Shown piece by piece: positions 58,213 through 64,000 of a stretch of 64,000 bases of DNA. Below the pieces are notes generated by a model. The model was not told where the DNA came from. It saw only the letters and a program-made list of their open reading frames with translations, and did not search any database. The stretch lies in contig CASEDF010000006.1 of NCBI GenBank assembly GCA_949286705.1, positions 181,809-245,808 of the forward strand, given 5' to 3'. Position numbers and translations under genes: made by a program. Positions within the stretch are counted from its first letter, which is position 1, and the number at the start of each line of letters is the position of its first letter. This DNA comes from an uncultured bacterium. GTDB lineage: Bacteria > Cyanobacteriota > Vampirovibrionia > Gastranaerophilales > Gastranaerophilaceae.

Positions 58213-58826
58213 TTTCTCAAATCCAAAAAGCAGATCAATAGAACTATTCCCAAAAGATACGCGCCCAAAACGTCTGTGGGGTTATGGACACCTGTCATAA
58301 CTCTGCTTAAGCCTACAAATAAAATCCATAAAACAGAAATACTAATCCCAATAAAACGCCACAATTTATTATTGCAATATTTATACAAATACCATATAAC
58401 CATTCCCCAGAGGCAAAACGTTACAAGACTGTGCGTTGATACATAGCTGTAACTATCCGGATGAATCCCTGCGATTTGCAATTCGAAAGGCGGTCTTGGA
58501 CGGCATATGATGTGTTTTAGTATGTAATTTAAAATATATGTCACTAAAGGCACTGAGCATAAAAAAACAGCGTCTTTGTATAACTTTTTAGTTACAAAAT
58601 ACACCCCGAACCCTACAAGCGGCAGTGCTATCATTATGAAATACAGAATACAATCAGGCAGTTTGAAAATTTGTATTGGCAAAAATCCGAGCTTATCCTG
58701 CAAAAATATTATAACACTTCTGTCCCATTGGGTTACAACAGGACAGAAGACTATTAACGATGTAAATATCAAAAATACTGCCGTAAAAACAATTATTTTA
58801 CGCAGCATGCGCATTTTCCTTCGCAT
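58191..58826 (-). CDS. PAP2-family lipid phosphatase
   Basis: 211 aa with KHIICRPRPPF, VSTHS, SRVMTGVHNPTD. The exact start among M1/M5/M7 is uncertain. Confidence 0.8.
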   Translation of the reverse strand: MRRKMRMLRKIIVFTAVFLIFTSLIVFCPVVTQWDRSVIIFLQDKLGFLPIQIFKLPDCILYFIMIALPLVGFGVYFVTKKLYKDAVFLCSVPLVTYILNYILKHIICRPRPPFELQIAGIHPDSYSYVSTHSLVTFCLWGMVIWYLYKYCNNKLWRFIGISISVLWILFVGLSRVMTGVHNPTDVLGAYLLGIVLLICFLDLRNYLIKTS

Positions 58827-60310
58827 TTAACGGCAGACGGCTTTTCTTTTGAACAGAAATGATCTCTGTCGATATAATATTCGCCTTCAAGCGGGAATAT
58901 TGTCATCCAGAGGTTTTCACGCCAATCTTTATCCAAAATTTCTTTAACATCTTTTGAATACTGGTCAATTTTAGATGTAATTTCAGGATTGGTCAAATAT
59001 GCAGCCGCATTTTCGTGAGTTTCATAAGGCTTGAATTTTTCATAATAGCTTCTCAAAACCTCAGGTCTATCAACAATCATACACGGTCTTAGCATATTGC
59101 CGTCTTCATAAGGAATACCATCCCTTATTGCACGCATAAAGGGTGATGCAAGCGCTTCTGTAAGCGTGCAATCTTTCAGGTTGTGTGTTGCAAGGTGAAC
59201 AAAAGTACATGGTTCGACATCTCCTCTCGGGTTAACATGAATATACTGTCTGCCGCCAGCAATACATCCCATCATTTCAGGGCCGTCACCCCAAAAATCA
59301 ACTGTCATCATAGGCAGAGTGTTTCTGGCATTATATACAGCTTTTAAAATCTGCTGACGCTGCTGAGCATTAGGAACCATACTAACGTCAGGGCTGTCAC
59401 CTACAGGTACATAATGGAAGAACCATGCCCAAAGACACCCTTTGTCGGATAACATTTTCATAAATTCATCCGATGTAACCTCATCACAATTTTGGCTTGT
59501 AGCGGTTATGCTGGCACCGAAAAATATTCCGGCTTTTTTCAACATGTCCATTTTTTCCATAACCATATCAAAGCAGCCTTCGCCTCTTACGGCATCTGTA
59601 TTTTCTTTCATTCCGCCGATTGAAAACATAGGCTGAACATTTCCGAGTTTTTTCAATTTTTCAACTGTCTTTTCGGTAATTAATGAACCATTTGTAAATG
59701 TTATGAACACGCAGTCATTAAATTCTTCAGCCAGCTCTAAAAATTCTTTTCTGGCAAACGGTTCGCCTCCAACAACAGGGATTATGTGAATACCCATAAC
59801 ATCACGGGCTTCCGTAAAGATTTCTCTCCATTTTTCTTTTGATAAATCTTCTTTTACGTCATATTCATGCGCCCAGCAGCCTTTACAGTTGAAGTTGCAG
59901 CGTTTTGTAATACTTGCAAGCAGAACTGTCGGCGGGAAAAATCCGTTTTTCTCGTTGAATTTCGTCCGTTTTCTCAAATTGTCGCCGTAGTATCCGTTTA
60001 CAAAGAAGTTTTTTATCCATTTGTTGCGGCAATTTGGATGTAATTCGGTTAAAATCTTTTTCCACCAATAAAGGTGCGGATGTTCGGATTTAAAAAGCCA
60101 TTGCATTCTTCGTGCGTGATTTATTCCGCCTTTGGAGCCGGAAATTTTTTCGAATATTTTTGCAAGGTTAATTAATTTTTCTTTGCTGAAATTATGTCCT
60201 AAATAATTTAACAACATATCAATTGCAAAGTCGTTAAATTTTAGTTTTAATCTGTCAAATCTGCCCATTGAATTCGGCTGCCAGACTGTGGATTGTTTTT
60301 CTACTCTCAT
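58793..60310 (-). CDS. Large radical SAM enzyme with C-terminal auxiliary-cluster (SPASM/twitch-like) region
   Basis: CNFNCKGCWA (CxxxCxxC) and GCIAGGRQYIHVNPRGDVEPCTF. SD AGGAG favours ATG 60310 inside ORF 58793..60346. Confidence 0.75.
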   Translation of the reverse strand: MRVEKQSTVWQPNSMGRFDRLKLKFNDFAIDMLLNYLGHNFSKEKLINLAKIFEKISGSKGGINHARRMQWLFKSEHPHLYWWKKILTELHPNCRNKWIKNFFVNGYYGDNLRKRTKFNEKNGFFPPTVLLASITKRCNFNCKGCWAHEYDVKEDLSKEKWREIFTEARDVMGIHIIPVVGGEPFARKEFLELAEEFNDCVFITFTNGSLITEKTVEKLKKLGNVQPMFSIGGMKENTDAVRGEGCFDMVMEKMDMLKKAGIFFGASITATSQNCDEVTSDEFMKMLSDKGCLWAWFFHYVPVGDSPDVSMVPNAQQRQQILKAVYNARNTLPMMTVDFWGDGPEMMGCIAGGRQYIHVNPRGDVEPCTFVHLATHNLKDCTLTEALASPFMRAIRDGIPYEDGNMLRPCMIVDRPEVLRSYYEKFKPYETHENAAAYLTNPEITSKIDQYSKDVKEILDKDWRENLWMTIFPLEGEYYIDRDHFCSKEKPSAVKCEGKCACCVK

Positions 60311-60410
60311 TTTATACTCCTTATCAATATAATTATTATAGCGCAAACAAAAGAGATATTATTAAAAATAATTCTGTTGCTAACTTTTATTAAGTGTGTA
60401 TAATTAGGTT

Positions 60411-61268
60411 ATGAAAAATGTATTAGTCGTAGAAAATGCTAATGCCGGAAGAAAAAAATCAGTATTGTATAAGAAAAATGTTATTCGTTTTTTATTTGAC
60501 CGCGGCGTAAAATTTAAAAGTATTTCATTAGAGAATCTGCATCTGATAAATATTGAAGATTTTGATACGGTTATTGCAATAGGCGGCGATGGAACGGTAA
60601 ATAAAATCGTTCCGTTGATTATAAATACCGATAAAGCACTCGGTATAATTCCTTGCGGCACGGCGAATTTGCTTGCTGCAAAACTCGGGATCCCGGTTAA
60701 TATTAAAAAGGCACTTGAGATTATTGACAGACAAAATTTTGTTGAAGCTGATGTATTTAAAGTTGCGGATAAATATTCAATATTGCGTGCGGGATTAGGC
60801 TATGATGCCGATATAATTTGTAAAACTCCGCAGTCTTTGAAAAACAAATTCGGTTATTTTGCGTATTTTATCGCCGGAATTCTGTTTGCACTCAGACTTA
60901 AACAAAAAAAGTATTATATTACATTTGCAGGCAAAAAGTTATCTGTTCTTGCAACGTGTATAATAGTCGCAAATGCCGGTAATATGTATAAGAATTTATT
61001 CTCTATTTCTAAAAATTGCCAAATTGATGACGGAATTATGGATGTATTTATTTTAAAAGTTAAAAATCCGTTTTTGTTTTTTGCTGAATTTTTGCAGATA
61101 ATTTTTAACAAAAAAAGTTCAAATTCAAAGGCAATGTATTTCCAGACAACAAATTTAACAATAAAAAATGACATCTCAACAGGCCACATTGACGGAGAAA
61201 AAGTAAAATTTAAAGGCGATATAGTAATTAATATCGCCCCAAAATCAATTAAATTAATTAAATCATAA
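60411..61268 (+). CDS. Diacylglycerol-kinase-family lipid kinase (YegS/DagK)
   Basis: 285 aa with the AIGGDGTVNK motif. Confidence 0.85.
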   Translation: MKNVLVVENANAGRKKSVLYKKNVIRFLFDRGVKFKSISLENLHLINIEDFDTVIAIGGDGTVNKIVPLIINTDKALGIIPCGTANLLAAKLGIPVNIKKALEIIDRQNFVEADVFKVADKYSILRAGLGYDADIICKTPQSLKNKFGYFAYFIAGILFALRLKQKKYYITFAGKKLSVLATCIIVANAGNMYKNLFSISKNCQIDDGIMDVFILKVKNPFLFFAEFLQIIFNKKSSNSKAMYFQTTNLTIKNDISTGHIDGEKVKFKGDIVINIAPKSIKLIKS

Positions 61269-61269
61269 A

Positions 61270-63738
61270 TTACCATCTGTTAATAGCAAAGGCCATAACA
61301 ATGATTGATGCAATGCCTTTTAACGTATCACAAACAGGTGTAATCCAGTCATTGCCGGCAATTCTTCTCGGAACAACAATTGTGTCTCCCGGTTCAATAC
61401 TGCTGCCGTTGCCTATTTTTTCGGCACGTCCGTTTACACTGACTTTATACAGCCTGAATTTGTTTGCGTTAGGGGTGTAACCGCCGACTTCTTTAATATA
61501 ATATTTTGCATTTGCACCTTTTTTGTAAACAAAAGACTGTTCATTATAGACTTCGCCGATAACGCTTACGTGGTTTGAAAGCCGCGGAATATAAATATCA
61601 TCGCCGTCTTGTAATTCAATATTATCAAGGTCTTTAATTTTATCCAAATCATTATTTTTAATATTTAAGGCAATTTGACCGTTATATTTGTCCGTAAGTG
61701 TTTGGTCATCTGCCTTTAACATTGTAAGCATATCCATTTTGGATTTTTGATCACCTTCGGAGGGTTTATAAGCGCTTGCCATACGACCTTCTATAAGTTT
61801 TATGTCACGTTCATTATTTTTATGAGCGAGTTCTACCTGTTTGCCCTGAAGATTTGTACGTTTAAATACAATCCCTCTTAAATCGGCTTCTTTTGTCAGA
61901 CCGCCGGCCAAATTTATTACATCGATAAGTCTTTTACCTTCAACAAATGTGTAAACACCCGGAGTTTTGACAAAACCGGAAATTTTTACGGTTTTCATAA
62001 CTTCATTCCCTCTAAGGGTGCGGAAAAATATTTTGTCATCGGGATTTATCACAATTGATTTAATTCTATCGGAATTAATCATTATGTCATAGAGATAATA
62101 TACCTGAGTGACATTTTGTGCATTAGTTATTTCAACTGCAACCTGTTCTGTAGGAATAAGTTTATTTGAATTTGATGTGCTTGATTTTAACTGGACGTTG
62201 TTTTCTTCAACAGCGCCTTTGTAGGAAACTTCAGTTTCATTATTTTCTTTATCCGTAGTATTATCTGCTAAATTGGTCACATCTGATTCAATGAATTGTA
62301 TATCTGCCATTACGTCATTTAGCGTCATGTTCTGGGTATATGTAAGATGCTTAGGTGTGTTTATACAGCCGTATACATCAACAAACAATGAATTTGTATT
62401 TTTATAAATGTTGATAATATCTCTGGGCTGCAGCACCGGATCATTCATACCTGCAAAAAATTCGCTTAAAAATACCGGAATTGTTTCAATAGTATTATCT
62501 TTTCCCGAAATACGTCTTATAACCGCCTGATTAATAAAAGTTTCTTCCAAAAGTTCATCTTCGCTTTTTAAAATATCGGAAAGCCTCATGCCTTCTTTAT
62601 AAGCATAAGTTGCCGGATGTTTTACATTACCCTGCAGTATTACGATATTTTCAGCGGTATTATATAACTCTCTAAATTGAATGGTATCACCGCTATTCAA
62701 TGTTTTTTTACGTGCTTTATCCCATTGAACGTTTTCTGCAGTTCTTTCCTGCGTGGCGGTATTATAGCCCGTCAAAGTTATTTCAGTTTGCTGGGTTGTA
62801 GGAAGTAATCCTCCCGCAAATTTTACCACATTATCAATATTTTCGCCTTGTTTTATTTCATAAATACCGGGAACGGTTACTCCGTTTCTCAAAGCAACAA
62901 CATCACCGATTTTGTCAACAAAAATTTTGTCATTTGGTCTTAAAATCACACCATCGTCGTTGCCTTCAAATAAAGCTTTATAAAGGTCAATATTTTTTGT
63001 TTTGGAATTGGAGGTGTAGGAAATATTTCTCAGAGTACCTGTTTTTTTAACTCCGCCTGCAGCATTCAAGGCATCAAGAACGGATGAATTGTTGCCTACA
63101 AGAATTTTTCCGGGTTTGTTTACCTGCCCGTATACAAATACTGAAAATTCCTGACCTGCAGCAACGGTTAATCTTAATTTCATATTTTTATATTTCTGTG
63201 CCGCAAGTCTGTTTGCTTCGACTTCTACGTCGCTCAAGGCTCTGTTTTCTGCTTTTATTAATCCTATACCGGGGATGAAAATATTGCCTTTTGAATCAAC
63301 TTCCACGGTAGATGAAGGACTTACAAGACTGGCGCCGGAAAGTGCCATTACATCAACTGAATCACCGTATGAATATACATTTACTTTCTCGCCTATGTTT
63401 AATTTATACGAGTTGTCAAATTTACCTGTAGTACCGGCTCCGACATTGCCTGCCGTAAATAAATCATATCCGACCTGCAATAAGGCATTACCTGATGCAG
63501 TTGTTTCTTTATCGTTAAATAACTGTTCAACAGGGCTCAGCTCAACCGTCGGAGTTGTCTGTTCTACTGATTCCTGATAATTATTGTTAAATGCATCAAT
63601 ATTTACGGGTTCTTCATTGCTTTGAATACTCTTAACCCGAGTCGCAGACGCAGATGAATAATCTGCTGCCGCTGCTGCAAATGCTGCGGGTTCAATTGTA
63701 AATACCAGTAATAAAAAAAGTGTAAGTATTTTTTTCAT
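61270..63738 (-). CDS. Outer-membrane polysaccharide export protein (Wza-like, multiple SLBB repeats)
   Basis: 822 aa with signal peptide and repeated PGxY..xxGxxLxDxIxxAGG SLBB-type units. Confidence 0.8.
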   Translation of the reverse strand: MKKILTLFLLLVFTIEPAAFAAAAADYSSASATRVKSIQSNEEPVNIDAFNNNYQESVEQTTPTVELSPVEQLFNDKETTASGNALLQVGYDLFTAGNVGAGTTGKFDNSYKLNIGEKVNVYSYGDSVDVMALSGASLVSPSSTVEVDSKGNIFIPGIGLIKAENRALSDVEVEANRLAAQKYKNMKLRLTVAAGQEFSVFVYGQVNKPGKILVGNNSSVLDALNAAGGVKKTGTLRNISYTSNSKTKNIDLYKALFEGNDDGVILRPNDKIFVDKIGDVVALRNGVTVPGIYEIKQGENIDNVVKFAGGLLPTTQQTEITLTGYNTATQERTAENVQWDKARKKTLNSGDTIQFRELYNTAENIVILQGNVKHPATYAYKEGMRLSDILKSEDELLEETFINQAVIRRISGKDNTIETIPVFLSEFFAGMNDPVLQPRDIINIYKNTNSLFVDVYGCINTPKHLTYTQNMTLNDVMADIQFIESDVTNLADNTTDKENNETEVSYKGAVEENNVQLKSSTSNSNKLIPTEQVAVEITNAQNVTQVYYLYDIMINSDRIKSIVINPDDKIFFRTLRGNEVMKTVKISGFVKTPGVYTFVEGKRLIDVINLAGGLTKEADLRGIVFKRTNLQGKQVELAHKNNERDIKLIEGRMASAYKPSEGDQKSKMDMLTMLKADDQTLTDKYNGQIALNIKNNDLDKIKDLDNIELQDGDDIYIPRLSNHVSVIGEVYNEQSFVYKKGANAKYYIKEVGGYTPNANKFRLYKVSVNGRAEKIGNGSSIEPGDTIVVPRRIAGNDWITPVCDTLKGIASIIVMAFAINRW

Positions 63739-63750
63739 AATTTCCCTTTA

Positions 63751-64000
63751 TTAAGTTATAGCAATTTCCATCAATGATTTAATAGCCGGCCATTCAAGTC
63801 GCCATAAACCTGACGCATCCAGCGCATAGTTGCCAACGCAGGCAAGTTTGCAATCCTTGCATTTGTTTACGGTTTCAATAAACAAAGGATCTTTTATTAC
63901 GTCTTTTAAGGGTCTGTTTCTGACGCTTATAAAAGGTTTTCTGTCATAGCATCTCAGCATATCACCGTTAGAATAAATTACGGTTGCGATTCTCGGCCAG
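63751..64000 (-). CDS. C-terminal part of a Cys-rich (SPASM-like) protein; gene runs off the window end
   Basis: The frame of ORF 63751..63960 stays open to position 64000 (…WPRIATVIYSNGDMLRCYDRKPF…CKDCKLACVG…). Confidence 0.4.
   Translation of the reverse strand, partial: WPRIATVIYSNGDMLRCYDRKPFISVRNRPLKDVIKDPLFIETVNKCKDCKLACVGNYALDASGLWRLEWPAIKSLMEIAIT

Overview
AT-rich chromosomal segment from a flagellated, diderm-type bacterium (KdsA, a Wza-like exporter, flagellar rod genes, FliA). No taxon can be assigned from the sequence alone. The first ~37 kb is mostly housekeeping: uvrA 5' part, two flgF/G-like genes, flgB, flgC, a corC-like gene, fliA, kdsA, pheS, gatB, an rny-ymdB operon, pepA, an FtsI-like PBP, murE, ilvD, proC and rpmH-rnpA. 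The last ~27 kb is a two-part surface-polysaccharide region. It has a polyol-phosphate (teichoic-like) module at 38.5-44.1 kb and a Wzx/Wzy-type locus at 47-63.7 kb that contains three gene fragments. tRNA-fMet plus a hydrolase/cupin/CMD operon splits the two parts. The most unusual content is non-coding. (1) There are five type IV pilin-like paralogs, and three of them (7.2-8.6, 8.8-9.6, 29.1-30.0 kb) share a two-tier 5' architecture. A perfect TTGACA-N17-TATAAT promoter ends 6-9 nt before the pilin ATG, which has no SD (leaderless mRNA predicted). Upstream of it lie a second promoter, a strong SD and a mini-ORF carrying a G8, G9 or G9 tract. In all three loci the frame from tract to pilin ATG has no stop codon, and it joins the mini-ORF when tract length is 1 mod 3 (for example G10). 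This is a candidate slipped-strand phase switch. (2) A three-copy intergenic hairpin element has a conserved 37-39 nt apex and copy-specific but always complementary 18-bp stems. (3) A GC-rich, hairpin-dense element occurs downstream of one pilin-like gene and inside the leader of another, with compensatory stem changes. (4) A tRNA-Leu is bracketed by fragments of itself. (5) A ~1.6-kb tandem duplication copied the corC-like 3' end together with a pilin cassette. No CRISPR array, transposase, integrase or recognisable defence gene was seen.
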